64,000 nucleotides of DNA, taken from NCBI GenBank assembly GCA_021399345.1, contig JAAFKI010000045.1, forward strand, positions 160,001 to 224,000, written 5' to 3'. The notes under the pieces were generated by a model. The model was not told where the DNA came from. It made no database searches and was given only the letters and a program-made list of their open reading frames with translations. This document shows positions 20,027-29,778 of the stretch, in pieces (the stretch's first letter is position 1; every line of letters begins with the position of its first letter). A program made the position numbers and the translations under genes. The stretch comes from Candidatus Heimdallarchaeota archaeon (GTDB lineage Archaea > Asgardarchaeota > Heimdallarchaeia > Heimdallarchaeales > Heimdallarchaeaceae).

Positions 20027-21046
20027 ATGAATAACGAAGAAGATTCAAATGAAATGCTAGATTGGAACAAAAAAAATGTTACAAGATTTGCTCAATTTTT
20101 GTATGATTTAGCTAAAGAAAGAGTTCAAACAGATAGAGATACAACAGAATCTACAGAGGAGGACGAAGTTGTTGAAGAATTGATTCAATTAAATGAATCT
20201 TTAGAACAAGAGTTACTTGATGAGCCTCTAGACACACAGAAAGTTGAGGAAGAGATTTTTGAAGAAGAAGATCTAGAAGTTGAAGGAAATTTAGAGCAAG
20301 AATTAGAGGAAGTAACAATTGGATTAGCTAAAGCTGTTTCTGGAGAAGATGTAGGAGAAATTGATGTTAGTGATGAAGAAGAGATTAAGGAAATAATAGA
20401 AAAAGAGCAAATACCTATTCCTTCTGAGAATATTACAATTTCTACTGAAGTTACATTACAAAAAGAAATACTTGAGACACAAGCAAGTATAGAACAAGTC
20501 CAGGAATTCGAAATAGAACAACAGATTGAAGAGCTAGAATCTGTAGATCTCTCGCAACCTATTGTTACTGATCCAGTTATCAATAAGGAAGTTTTTGTGC
20601 AACCCGAAAACATACCTATAGATATTCATAATTTAGTTTTTGTTGAAGAAGCTACAAGTATCCCAATTACTAAAGATGAAATGACAATTACAGATAGTGC
20701 CCAAGAGGCAGAGATTGCCCAAGAGGCAGAGATTGCCCAAGAGGCAGAGATTGCCCAAGAGGCAGAGATTGCCCAAGAGATAGAAGTAATTCAGGAACCA
20801 ATTGCTGAAACTGATTTAGATTTTGAAGCTTCCAGTCGAAGACAAAAAATAATTGATAGCATGTTAGCAGAAACTAAGAAACGAGAAGATGAAGAAGGTT
20901 TCAAAGTAAGAGAACTAGGTGAAACCGAAGGTCGAGCTTATTCTGCTGTTGTCTTCGGAAATGAATCTAATAGGAATATCAAAAAATGGAGAAGATGGGA
21001 GAAAAGAAGATTAAAGGAAGAAAAGAAGAAACGAAAAAGAAAATAG
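20027..21046 (+). CDS. Highly acidic low-complexity protein with basic C-terminal tail
   Basis: Glu-rich throughout; AQEAEI repeats; ends KKWRRWEKRRLKEEKKKRKRK. Confidence 0.7.
   Translation: MNNEEDSNEMLDWNKKNVTRFAQFLYDLAKERVQTDRDTTESTEEDEVVEELIQLNESLEQELLDEPLDTQKVEEEIFEEEDLEVEGNLEQELEEVTIGLAKAVSGEDVGEIDVSDEEEIKEIIEKEQIPIPSENITISTEVTLQKEILETQASIEQVQEFEIEQQIEELESVDLSQPIVTDPVINKEVFVQPENIPIDIHNLVFVEEATSIPITKDEMTITDSAQEAEIAQEAEIAQEAEIAQEAEIAQEIEVIQEPIAETDLDFEASSRRQKIIDSMLAETKKREDEEGFKVRELGETEGRAYSAVVFGNESNRNIKKWRRWEKRRLKEEKKKRKRK
20699..20779 (+). repeat. Perfect 18-bp coding tandem repeat (GCCCAAGAGGCAGAGATT x4.5)
   Basis: Four identical units plus 9 bp; encodes (AQEAEI)4-AQE. Confidence 0.97.
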
Positions 21047-21148
21047 AATAACAGAAGTTCTTCACACAGTAAAATATTAAATGAAGTAAATAATTGAAAA
21101 TAATGTGAGAATAGAATAAACAACTCACATTCAAGATGTGGATTTAAG

Positions 21149-22180
21149 ATGAGTGACTTTGAATTACCATGGAACACGTTTGTAGGATTTAGTCTTTTTA
21201 CTTTAGAAGAAGATATGATATTTGATAAAGTTATTAATACAAAAACTGCATTTTCCACGGTTTATCAAGTCATAGATACAAGTACAAAAACAAGAGAAGA
21301 ATTAAAAAAATCTCAAACAATAACTCTAGTTAATGAAGTTTTTAGAGTTGATTATCATTTATTCTACAATATAGTTTTAGCCTGTATGTTTAAACCTGAA
21401 ACTGATGAAAATGTAGCTTTAAACATGATACAGATTATTAAGAATAAGCTTATTGAACAGCTTCAAGATTACGGAACAATTGAAAAAATGGAACCAAGAT
21501 CACAAACTGCATTAATTAAACGTTTGGGAAATTTAATTTCTGAAAGAGCTGCAAGTCAGGTTAAGTATGATTATTTCCCAACTAAAAAACCGCAGGAAAT
21601 AGTATCAGAACCAGTGGAACAACCCAGAGTTGTAGAAGAGAAACCAGTCTACTCACAACCAACATCACAAGCACAAACCTCCACACCTGAAGCACAAGGA
21701 ACGGGTCAAGTAGAAGATTTACTCGAATATATAGGCCACAAAACCGAACCATTATTTCAAGGTGCTTCCGATAGTAAAAAAGTTGAACTTGCTCAAGAAT
21801 TATTAGAACAAGCAAAGAGAGATTCAATTGTAAAAGTAATATCTTCAATTGTCAAGGGTTTATCAACAAAAACAGGTGTTTGTTTTGTTTTTACTGGAGA
21901 CAAAGGTGCTTTAGAAACAATAACCTATGGTATGTCAGAAAAACATGCAGAATTTGTTCTAGGGATTTTATCTAAATATCCAGAAGTTGTTAAACAAACT
22001 ATAGAATCACCAGGTGAAGAAAAAACACTAGATGCTGGTGATGGTGTGGTGATACTTGAAGAAACAGAAAGTGGTATGTTAGTGAGTATCACTAAAAATC
22101 GTGAAGAGATTAGCACAATCTCCAAAAGAATGAAACTTGTAAAAACTATGATTTCTGAGTTCCTAAAACCATCCTTTTAA
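21149..22180 (+). CDS. Longin-like + roadblock-like domain protein (paralog A)
   Basis: N-terminal alpha/beta domain, Pro/Gln linker, C-terminal domain homologous to those of 22917-23522 and 23687-24652. Confidence 0.55.
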   Translation: MSDFELPWNTFVGFSLFTLEEDMIFDKVINTKTAFSTVYQVIDTSTKTREELKKSQTITLVNEVFRVDYHLFYNIVLACMFKPETDENVALNMIQIIKNKLIEQLQDYGTIEKMEPRSQTALIKRLGNLISERAASQVKYDYFPTKKPQEIVSEPVEQPRVVEEKPVYSQPTSQAQTSTPEAQGTGQVEDLLEYIGHKTEPLFQGASDSKKVELAQELLEQAKRDSIVKVISSIVKGLSTKTGVCFVFTGDKGALETITYGMSEKHAEFVLGILSKYPEVVKQTIESPGEEKTLDAGDGVVILEETESGMLVSITKNREEISTISKRMKLVKTMISEFLKPSF

Positions 22181-22244
22181 TAACCAAATTAAGATTATTT
22201 TGCATAATGCTGTCTCAATATTATTAGGAGAGTGATTAATACTG

Positions 22245-22892
22245 ATGAAAGGAAATCAGTCCAAAGAGATATTTGTTTCAGAAGTTATACGTAGTAATAC
22301 AAAGGATATATTGTCCTTTTTCAAATATATTGAAAAAAACCTACAAAAAGAGAAATTGCATTTAAAAGAAGTCAGTCAAAAGCGTATATTATTAAGTAAA
22401 AAAATCTCCGGAAAATCGATCTATTTTGAGTTTCAAGATACTGAAAATGAAAATTTCTTTCTACTAGAAATCTTTTCCTATAAATTTGTTTTAAATACCT
22501 CTTTACCCAAATGGGTTCAATGGAATTTTTTGGGATTAAAATTAGGAATTTGGTTATTTCTTATTTTAATTGGTGGATTATTGACTCCCCTAATCATATA
22601 TCTTGGATTTAGAGATAATCTTCCTGAAGAATTTCAAAGTATTCTTTTGATTGTTGGGATCATTTTAATGTGTAGTGGTGTAATAGCTTCAGGAGTATTG
22701 TTTATTGCAAATCATATCAGAAGAAATAGAAAGTTTCGAAGAAAATCTGAAGTAGAGAAATTATCAGCTAAAATTTCCAGGTTGATTATGGAATACTCAG
22801 AAAGCACATCAAACAAAATGATTTGTTGGAAATGTTTCAAAGAAATAAGTGTAGGATTGAAAAAATGTCCTGAATGTGGTACAAATACATAG
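22245..22892 (+). CDS. 2-TM membrane protein with C-terminal zinc ribbon
   Basis: Two TM helices; CWKC-x10-CPEC at C-terminus. Confidence 0.7.
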   Translation: MKGNQSKEIFVSEVIRSNTKDILSFFKYIEKNLQKEKLHLKEVSQKRILLSKKISGKSIYFEFQDTENENFFLLEIFSYKFVLNTSLPKWVQWNFLGLKLGIWLFLILIGGLLTPLIIYLGFRDNLPEEFQSILLIVGIILMCSGVIASGVLFIANHIRRNRKFRRKSEVEKLSAKISRLIMEYSESTSNKMICWKCFKEISVGLKKCPECGTNT

Positions 22893-22916
22893 ATATGTTA
22901 AGTAAACCAAGAAAGG

Positions 22917-23522
22917 TCAAATATCTTCTAATAATAGAGTATTTTCAATAACTACATTTTGCACATGTCTCAGCTTTCTAGAGAGTTCATCCACGTCTTT
23001 TTGTTTTTGAACAATCCCAATCAGATAGTTATCTTTTTGGCAATTTTCTAGAACTACAAAGCCGATTCCAGTATCAAGAACTTTGACTTCTTCATCTGAT
23101 CCCAATAAATCATTGACAACGGGTGGATATCTTCTAAAAATTTCCAATATTTTCTTTACTATATCTCGTTCAAGGGGCCCTCTAACTATGACTCTTACGT
23201 CTGAACTTTCTGGATGTGGCACAAGTGCTGCAGCTGAGAGAGATTTAAAATCTGAAGAAATACTATCAAGTAAGGCATCAATGGTAACTCGTATGGCTTC
23301 CTTAACATCTTCACTTGTAGAAGTTTGTGTTAGAAAATCACGTAAATACTGACCTGACTTGAGTTTCTTTGCTGAAATATTTAAGGCTTCATATGCAATT
23401 TCTTCCATTTCTACGAAAACATCCTTTATTGCAGGTTTTCTTTTTCGTGATGAAATCCTTGAGGAAGGAGAATCACTAGAATCTTTTTGCCTTGTCATTA
23501 TTTTACCACAAAGATAAGTCAT
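22917..23522 (-). CDS. Roadblock-like domain protein (paralog B)
   Basis: RYPPVVNDLLGSDEEVKVLDTGIGFVVLE motif shared with neighbours; start could be ATG 23498. Confidence 0.55.
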   Translation of the reverse strand: MTYLCGKIMTRQKDSSDSPSSRISSRKRKPAIKDVFVEMEEIAYEALNISAKKLKSGQYLRDFLTQTSTSEDVKEAIRVTIDALLDSISSDFKSLSAAALVPHPESSDVRVIVRGPLERDIVKKILEIFRRYPPVVNDLLGSDEEVKVLDTGIGFVVLENCQKDNYLIGIVQKQKDVDELSRKLRHVQNVVIENTLLLEDI

Positions 23523-23686
23523 CTTAAAACTCTAAAAAGATTTCCTTATTCTTAACAGCTTTTAGAAATTGGAATCTAAAGGTGGAAGAAGTGTTTTTCA
23601 CAAATTTTCACAATTCATTAGCCAATTAGACACTTGGGATATGTTTATTAGCCAACAATAAGATAATAATATCTAGTTGAGGTCTT

Positions 23687-24652
23687 ATGCCTTTTCGTAG
23701 AAGTGAAATCAATCCATTGGTAGCTGTAATTATCTATGATTTGATAGGAAACAATATCTTTGAGATTGAAAATACAAAAGATGAAATTGAAAAATCAGAA
23801 ATTCATAGTTATTTCATCCATCCTATTGAATTTTACCAGTGGGTCAGAAGATATAATGAAATAACAATTTTTCGAGGAAAGTTCAGAGCCACTTATATTA
23901 CATTTATTGATTTAACTCTATTATTCGTATCAAACGTAGAAAATATCGCAGCTGAGGTTCGTCCTACAATATTAGAATATGTTCAAAAGTTTGGGGAAGA
24001 TGTAATCAAGCATCTTGTTACAGAAGAAAATGTTGATCTTCTAATCAAAACTTGTGGTTCAGATTTTAATAAGAACAAAGAAAGTATCAAGATTCATATT
24101 GATAAAATATTCTCGCGACTTGGAATTGAAAAAATCGAAATTGAATCCATTAAACCTGTTGAAGTAGAAGTTATTCCAGAAACAACAATTACTCAGACTA
24201 AAGCTGAGGTGTATGAAGAAATTCGTCCTTTTGAAACTGTTCCAAAGATTGCAGTCAGTGAGATGACACAAGAAATACTTGATGAAGCAAATAAAAGAGC
24301 AATAACTTCCTTGCTTTTTTCATCCATCAGAGGGTGTAATTTTCCTTCAGCTGCAGCTTATATTTTCCCAAAAGATGATGGATCAATGGGAGAACTATAT
24401 GCAGGAAATCTAGAGGAGAAGAAAATTGTATATGTTTTAGAAACCATTACAAGATTTCCAAAAGTTATTTACGAGATGATAAATTCAGAGGATGAAATCA
24501 AAGCTTTAAATGCAGGAGTTGTTCAGATTATTGTAGAAAATTGTTCTGAAGGCAGAATACTAGTTGGAATGACAACTAATGTACACGATGTTATGAATGT
24601 AGGATACAAATTTAAAATTATCAAACACATTCTAAAAACCATGGGCTTTTAG
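23687..24652 (+). CDS. Longin-like + roadblock-like domain protein (paralog C)
   Basis: AVIIYDLIGNNIF N-terminus; C-terminal RFPKVIYEMINSEDEIKALNAGVVQIIVE; GAGGT Shine-Dalgarno upstream. Confidence 0.55.
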   Translation: MPFRRSEINPLVAVIIYDLIGNNIFEIENTKDEIEKSEIHSYFIHPIEFYQWVRRYNEITIFRGKFRATYITFIDLTLLFVSNVENIAAEVRPTILEYVQKFGEDVIKHLVTEENVDLLIKTCGSDFNKNKESIKIHIDKIFSRLGIEKIEIESIKPVEVEVIPETTITQTKAEVYEEIRPFETVPKIAVSEMTQEILDEANKRAITSLLFSSIRGCNFPSAAAYIFPKDDGSMGELYAGNLEEKKIVYVLETITRFPKVIYEMINSEDEIKALNAGVVQIIVENCSEGRILVGMTTNVHDVMNVGYKFKIIKHILKTMGF

Positions 24653-24724
24653 TAGAAATACAAAAAAATTCCTTTTTCTCTCCTTCAAAAAACTTTTAGA
24701 AATTATAGATTTCTAGTATTATTA

Positions 24725-25771
24725 ATGGAAGAAGGTAAGCTAGAGATTTCTCTTTTAAGAGAGATACTCAAACTAAAAGGGTCTGAAAATAAAGGAATTG
24801 TAACTTCAGGGCATATAGGTGGGGATTCAGCAATTATAGATATATCTAAAGCTCATGTAAAAGCTCAGAAATTTTATAACAATAATTCGAACCCGCTCCT
24901 TGTTGTGAAATCTGATCCAATAACATTTCCAACAGCTGAACCAGGACGATATGCAGTAATTGTGAATGCAAATGATATAGCATGTGCTGGGGCATTACCC
25001 TTTGGATTTCTTTCTTCAATTATTGTTCCAATTAATACATCATTCGATGAAATCAAACGCATTCAGGAACAAATACATCAACAAAGTATTGAACTTGGAA
25101 TAAGCATTTTAGGAGGACATACAGAGATTTCTCAATCAGTCAAAACCCCCCTTGTATCGGGTCACATGCTGGGTTTTGTTCCTCAAGACTTTGCTGTTCC
25201 CAATAAGCTGACTGAAGAGGAGATTATTCTAGCAATTGGTTTCACAGGGGCAGAGGGAACAGGAATAATTATTTCAGAATCTGGGGACTTAATACACTCT
25301 ATACTCAATAATAACGAAATAGAAGAAGGAAAAAGGATAGGGGCACAACTACGAATTGTAGATTTAGCTTTGGATTTAAATAGGAAGTTTCAACCTTCAT
25401 TAATCCACGATGCTACTGAAGGAGGGGTTTATGGTGCGTTATATGAAATTATAGCATTCAGTGAACTAAGTATTGAACTTAATAATCAACCGAGAATATC
25501 TAATGTTACGAAAAAACTATCCTCATGGCTTCAGTTTAATCCCTTTAGACTCATCTCTTCTGGAATGATCATTGTTTCAGCAACAGAGAAAAAAGCTCTA
25601 CATATTTTAGATTATCTAAAGAAAGAACAGATACCTTGTGAGAAGATTGGAAGAGTAGGAACTAATAAAGGAATCTTGACTCTCAACGGTCAAGTGCTGG
25701 ATAAACCAAAAGGTGATGAAATTTCAACTGCTCTGAAAAATCTTGCAATAATCAAAAAAGGAAAAAAGTGA
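24725..25771 (+). CDS. AIR synthase-related (PurM/HypE/ThiL-like) protein
   Basis: IGGDSA, KSDPIT, VNANDIACAGA, ILGGHTE, HDATEGG, LISSG. Confidence 0.85.
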   Translation: MEEGKLEISLLREILKLKGSENKGIVTSGHIGGDSAIIDISKAHVKAQKFYNNNSNPLLVVKSDPITFPTAEPGRYAVIVNANDIACAGALPFGFLSSIIVPINTSFDEIKRIQEQIHQQSIELGISILGGHTEISQSVKTPLVSGHMLGFVPQDFAVPNKLTEEEIILAIGFTGAEGTGIIISESGDLIHSILNNNEIEEGKRIGAQLRIVDLALDLNRKFQPSLIHDATEGGVYGALYEIIAFSELSIELNNQPRISNVTKKLSSWLQFNPFRLISSGMIIVSATEKKALHILDYLKKEQIPCEKIGRVGTNKGILTLNGQVLDKPKGDEISTALKNLAIIKKGKK

Positions 25772-25784
25772 AAGGCTGATAAAT

Positions 25785-26450
25785 TTGTTAAACAAAGAGA
25801 ATGAATGGGGAGCAGAAGCAGTTCTTCTCAAGGATGAGTGGCTAGGATTTCAGGTATTGAAAAAAATTCGTTTACCGAAGTCATATAGAATCAAGCAAAT
25901 TGATGATGAATTAAGGAATAGCAGAACAATCTCTGAATCAAAGCTAATCATGGCTTCAAGAGATGTGGGAGTAAAAACACCAATTATCTTCGACATTGAT
26001 TTAGATTCATCGACAATAACAATGGAATTAATTGAGGGAAAACTAGTTAAAGATGTTTTGAACAGTGAAGACACTTTAGAAGAAAAATTACATTATGTTG
26101 AATTGATTGGAGAACAAGTAGGAAAATTACACAATAATGACATCATACACGGAGACTTAACAACCAGTAACATTCTAATAAAAAATCGAGAACTTGTCTT
26201 CATTGATTTTGGTCTCGGTAAATTTTCACAGGCTTTAGAAGACAAAGCTGTTGACATCTTGTTGATTAAGAAATGTTTTACAAGCACTCATACTAGATTT
26301 GAAAGTCACTTCTTTACTACATTTCAAAAAGGTTATATGAGTACTATGAGCGAGGCTAAAAGTATTTTTCGTCGTGCAATAAAAGTAGAGGCTAGAGCAA
26401 GACATTTGAAAGAAAATCAAATTATTGGCGACTATCTTCTCTCTGAATAG
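25785..26450 (+). CDS. bud32: KEOPS complex kinase/ATPase Bud32
   Basis: GAEA, K.R.PKSYR...D..LR..RT..E, HGDLTTSN, IDFGL, EDKAVD. Confidence 0.93.
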   Translation: MLNKENEWGAEAVLLKDEWLGFQVLKKIRLPKSYRIKQIDDELRNSRTISESKLIMASRDVGVKTPIIFDIDLDSSTITMELIEGKLVKDVLNSEDTLEEKLHYVELIGEQVGKLHNNDIIHGDLTTSNILIKNRELVFIDFGLGKFSQALEDKAVDILLIKKCFTSTHTRFESHFFTTFQKGYMSTMSEAKSIFRRAIKVEARARHLKENQIIGDYLLSE

Positions 26451-27729
26451 GAGTCACATTAGCAATTCGCTGATTGAGTTTCCAAGCATCCAACGCATAC
26501 CGTTCTTGGTGTGTCCAATTTCCTTCAATTTTGCCAAGAGAACTTAGTTTTCCAAGAATCTTCTTTATTTGAGGATAAACTGGTTTGAATTTTGCGCCTT
26601 CAAGGTTAGTTCCTGGTAAAGGCATGAAAACATGTGCTCTTATTATAGAGTTTCTTCTTATTAGATCCTTTATAACCTTGATTGTTTCCATTTCATCATC
26701 CTCAGTAGCAGTTGGTAATCCTATTATTATATCAACAACAGGTGTAAAACCTGTATCATCGAGAATCTCTATTGCTTCAATCCCTTCCTCAACTGTATGT
26801 CCTCTTTGAATTTCTTTGAGAACTCTATCACTACCTGATTGAAGACCAATAGATATTCGAGAATTTGAAATAATTGGCTTAATGTCCTTCATCAAACTAG
26901 AAGATACAGTTTCAGGACGCACTTCTCCAGGAAATGTACCAAAATAAACATTATCAATTCCAGGGGTTGATTTAATTGATGATAAAAGATAGAGGATTGC
27001 ATCTTTATTGACTTCTTCAGGTTTTGAAGACATATAACCAAAGGAATTAGGGGTAATAAAACGGATATCGTTTAGCTTTTGAGTTCCCATCCATTTTATT
27101 ACATCTAGAATTATTTCAGGAGATCTATGTCTTGTTCTATGCTTGAAAAGTTTCGGAACTTGACAAAATGTACACCCAAAAGAACACCCCCTGCTTATCT
27201 CCAATGGTGGATAAAGCCTCCTTTTCGGGGATAGGAAGGGATAATCATCCAGAACTATGGGGTCAGGTCTTTTAGTTAAACGTAATGAATTATCTTCCAA
27301 AAACCCAATACCAGGAGTTCCAAATAAGTCTTCATTGTCCTTAAATCGTCTAACAAAATCAGTAAATGAGTATTCTGCTTCCCCAATAAAAACAAAGTCA
27401 AAACCAGATTTTAATGTTGTAAGAGGGCTACCAGAAGGATGACTTCCACCTGAGATGAAGGTTACTTTATCTAGTTCTGATTTATTTAGTGAGGAATAAA
27501 TTGTTTTCATCCGAGCATAAATATCTTCAAATTGCGCAGTTCTAAAAGAAAAACCTACAATGAGTTTTTCATATTTTTCCAAGAGCTTTCGGATTTTTAA
27601 TGGATTAAGATTTTTTTCAAGTAAGAAATCTAAATTACGTAAATTAGTATTGGCATCTATAGTTGCAACTAAAGGTGTAAGACTGTAGAAATTCTTCTTA
27701 GTAAAATCAAAAACAATTGCTGATGTCAT
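26422..27729 (-). CDS. B12-binding domain/radical SAM protein (TIGR04013-like)
   Basis: GGSHPSG, GEAE, EISRGCSFGCTFCQ (CxxxCxxC), FPGEVRPE, GLQSGS, HVFMPLPGT; ATG 27729 preferred. Confidence 0.85.
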   Translation of the reverse strand: MTSAIVFDFTKKNFYSLTPLVATIDANTNLRNLDFLLEKNLNPLKIRKLLEKYEKLIVGFSFRTAQFEDIYARMKTIYSSLNKSELDKVTFISGGSHPSGSPLTTLKSGFDFVFIGEAEYSFTDFVRRFKDNEDLFGTPGIGFLEDNSLRLTKRPDPIVLDDYPFLSPKRRLYPPLEISRGCSFGCTFCQVPKLFKHRTRHRSPEIILDVIKWMGTQKLNDIRFITPNSFGYMSSKPEEVNKDAILYLLSSIKSTPGIDNVYFGTFPGEVRPETVSSSLMKDIKPIISNSRISIGLQSGSDRVLKEIQRGHTVEEGIEAIEILDDTGFTPVVDIIIGLPTATEDDEMETIKVIKDLIRRNSIIRAHVFMPLPGTNLEGAKFKPVYPQIKKILGKLSSLGKIEGNWTHQERYALDAWKLNQRIANVTPIQREDSRQ

Positions 27730-27740
27730 ATAATCACAAT

Positions 27741-28736
27741 TTATCTCCAAGTAACTTCCACATCTTCAGGTCTGAAATGTTGGTCCACTATTGTGTCCTC
27801 AAATTCAGTCGTCACACCTGATTGCTTCATTAAAATCCCTAACCATGCTATCATTACACCATTATCTAGAGCTAGATCAGCATTAAGACCTCTAAAAGAA
27901 GCATCATGGGAACTGGCCATTTCTTCAAGCATTTTCTTTAATCGCGAATTAGCTGCTACCCCACCACACACTAAAACTTCTTCCTTCTTTGTATGAGCTA
28001 AAGCTCTTTCTGTAACTTCAACTAACATAGAGAAAACTGTTTCTTGGAGACTAAATGCGATATCTTCAAGTGGGTGTTTCTTACTATTTAACAATCGGGT
28101 AGCATGAGTAAGAATACCTGAAAAGGATACATCCATTCCTTTTATCACATATGGGATGGAAACATAGGTTGAACTTTTCAATGCTTCTAGCTCGATCATT
28201 CTCCCCATTGGATTCTCTTTGTCACTTAAACCAGCATTTCTTCCAAAGACATCTAAACAATTTCCTACTGGTATATCTATTGTTTCACCAAATACCCTGT
28301 ATCTTCTTTCAGAGAACGCAATGACTTGTGTATTTCCTCCAGATACATACAGAACAACAGGATCATCAAGTTCTCCAACTAATCTTCCAATTTCAACATG
28401 TGCAATTGGGTGGTTCACCGCCATTAGTGGTTTACCCAAGGATAAAGAAAGAGTTCTTGCAGTAACGGCACCTATTCTTAAACAGGGTCCCAATCCCGGT
28501 CCTTTTGTAAAAGAAATCAAATCGATTTCCTCAGGTTTAATGCCTGATTCATGGAAGGCATCTTCTATTGCTTTGGGCATTGTAGAGGAGTGATATTCCG
28601 AAGCTTCTCTAGGATGAATTCCACTTCCATAAGGGGGTTTGTAGGTTCTTCGAACATTTGATAACACATTTCCTTTGTCATCTATAATACCAACGCCCAA
28701 TTTATCAGCAGAACTTTCTATTCCTAAAGAAATCAT
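27741..28736 (-). CDS. kae1: tRNA N6-threonylcarbamoyltransferase Kae1
   Basis: LGIESSA, GIHPREA..H, GPGLGPCL, VNHPIAHVE, YVSGGNTQ, GETIDI..GN, GGVAAN, DNGVMIA. Confidence 0.96.
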   Translation of the reverse strand: MISLGIESSADKLGVGIIDDKGNVLSNVRRTYKPPYGSGIHPREASEYHSSTMPKAIEDAFHESGIKPEEIDLISFTKGPGLGPCLRIGAVTARTLSLSLGKPLMAVNHPIAHVEIGRLVGELDDPVVLYVSGGNTQVIAFSERRYRVFGETIDIPVGNCLDVFGRNAGLSDKENPMGRMIELEALKSSTYVSIPYVIKGMDVSFSGILTHATRLLNSKKHPLEDIAFSLQETVFSMLVEVTERALAHTKKEEVLVCGGVAANSRLKKMLEEMASSHDASFRGLNADLALDNGVMIAWLGILMKQSGVTTEFEDTIVDQHFRPEDVEVTWR

Positions 28737-28820
28737 TGATATCACTCTGACTACGTTAGTTTAAAGGTTTCTTTTTGAAACTATTTAGTAATCTTTAATA
28801 TGTCTGAATTGTAGTTCTTT

Positions 28821-29756
28821 ATGATGCCCCCCATGATAGAAGCTGTTTTTCCTTGGGAAAAACAAAAGAAAGCTGTTATGAAGAAAAATCAAGAATTGGG
28901 TAATCTACTTAAGATTAATTTTGTATTCATGTATTTCCTACTCTTTGTATTCACAGTTTTAGGGAAACTCTATCCTTTACTCAGAATCTTCGATATGAAT
29001 TTATTAGGGTATAAAAGTTGGTTAGTAGAATCCTTAGGATATTTAGTGTACAACTGGTGGATTAGCATAGTTTTGTTCTTCAGTTCTTTAATAATTTCTA
29101 TTTTTCTTTCACTGTTAATAACAAAAACTAGTATAGGGGTGTTTAGAGGTTACTTGGAATATTTAAAAATTGACTTCAAAGATAAAAAACGAGGTTTAAT
29201 AGTTAAAACAGTCATCAAAGATATCACAATTATAGCTGGTTTTTCTCTTATAGTTTTTCTAATTTTAGAATTCATAACGTTCGCAGTCAGCTCTCTAATA
29301 GCATCATTTGTTCTTCCAATTGTTTATACTTTAGATGAAACTTCTCTTGCTAATGTTTTTCTCTCTATATTAATATCTCATATCATCTTCTTTCCTTTAT
29401 TTGTCTTTATTTACCAAAGAATGATAAACAAAAAACTAATCCCAACTGAAACATTTAATTTTAAAGAATTTATGAAGGAAGACGGGGAGGTTGATATGGA
29501 AAAGTGGAGATTAAGAACTTGGGGGAAAAAACCATATACATTTAATTGGGAGGAAGAAGAAGTATTTCCAATTACATGTTTTTCATGTGGTTCTATTATA
29601 TCAAGCAATTTAACTGTCTGTCCTATATGTGATGCGGATTTAGTCAAGGAAATTGAAGAAATTGATACTGAATATTCGGCTGAAAATACTGAAGCAGATA
29701 ATAATCTAGACATTGTTAATGACAATAATCATGAAGAAGAAAAAAACAATTCTTAA
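28821..29756 (+). CDS. Membrane protein with C-terminal zinc ribbon and acidic tail
   Basis: About 4 TM helices; CFSC-x10-CPIC. Confidence 0.7.
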   Translation: MMPPMIEAVFPWEKQKKAVMKKNQELGNLLKINFVFMYFLLFVFTVLGKLYPLLRIFDMNLLGYKSWLVESLGYLVYNWWISIVLFFSSLIISIFLSLLITKTSIGVFRGYLEYLKIDFKDKKRGLIVKTVIKDITIIAGFSLIVFLILEFITFAVSSLIASFVLPIVYTLDETSLANVFLSILISHIIFFPLFVFIYQRMINKKLIPTETFNFKEFMKEDGEVDMEKWRLRTWGKKPYTFNWEEEEVFPITCFSCGSIISSNLTVCPICDADLVKEIEEIDTEYSAENTEADNNLDIVNDNNHEEEKNNS

Positions 29757-29778
29757 ATTAAACCAGACAGTTATTTCA

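Noticed and set aside
20699-20779. Direct repeats as a possible CRISPR array
   Set aside because: Units are contiguous with no spacers, in frame within a CDS, and no cas genes are present
24725-25771. PurM-fold gene ending in TGA as SelD or selenoprotein readthrough
   Set aside because: Lacks the SelD N-terminal Cys/Sec-x-x-Lys motif; readthrough meets another stop within about 11 codons
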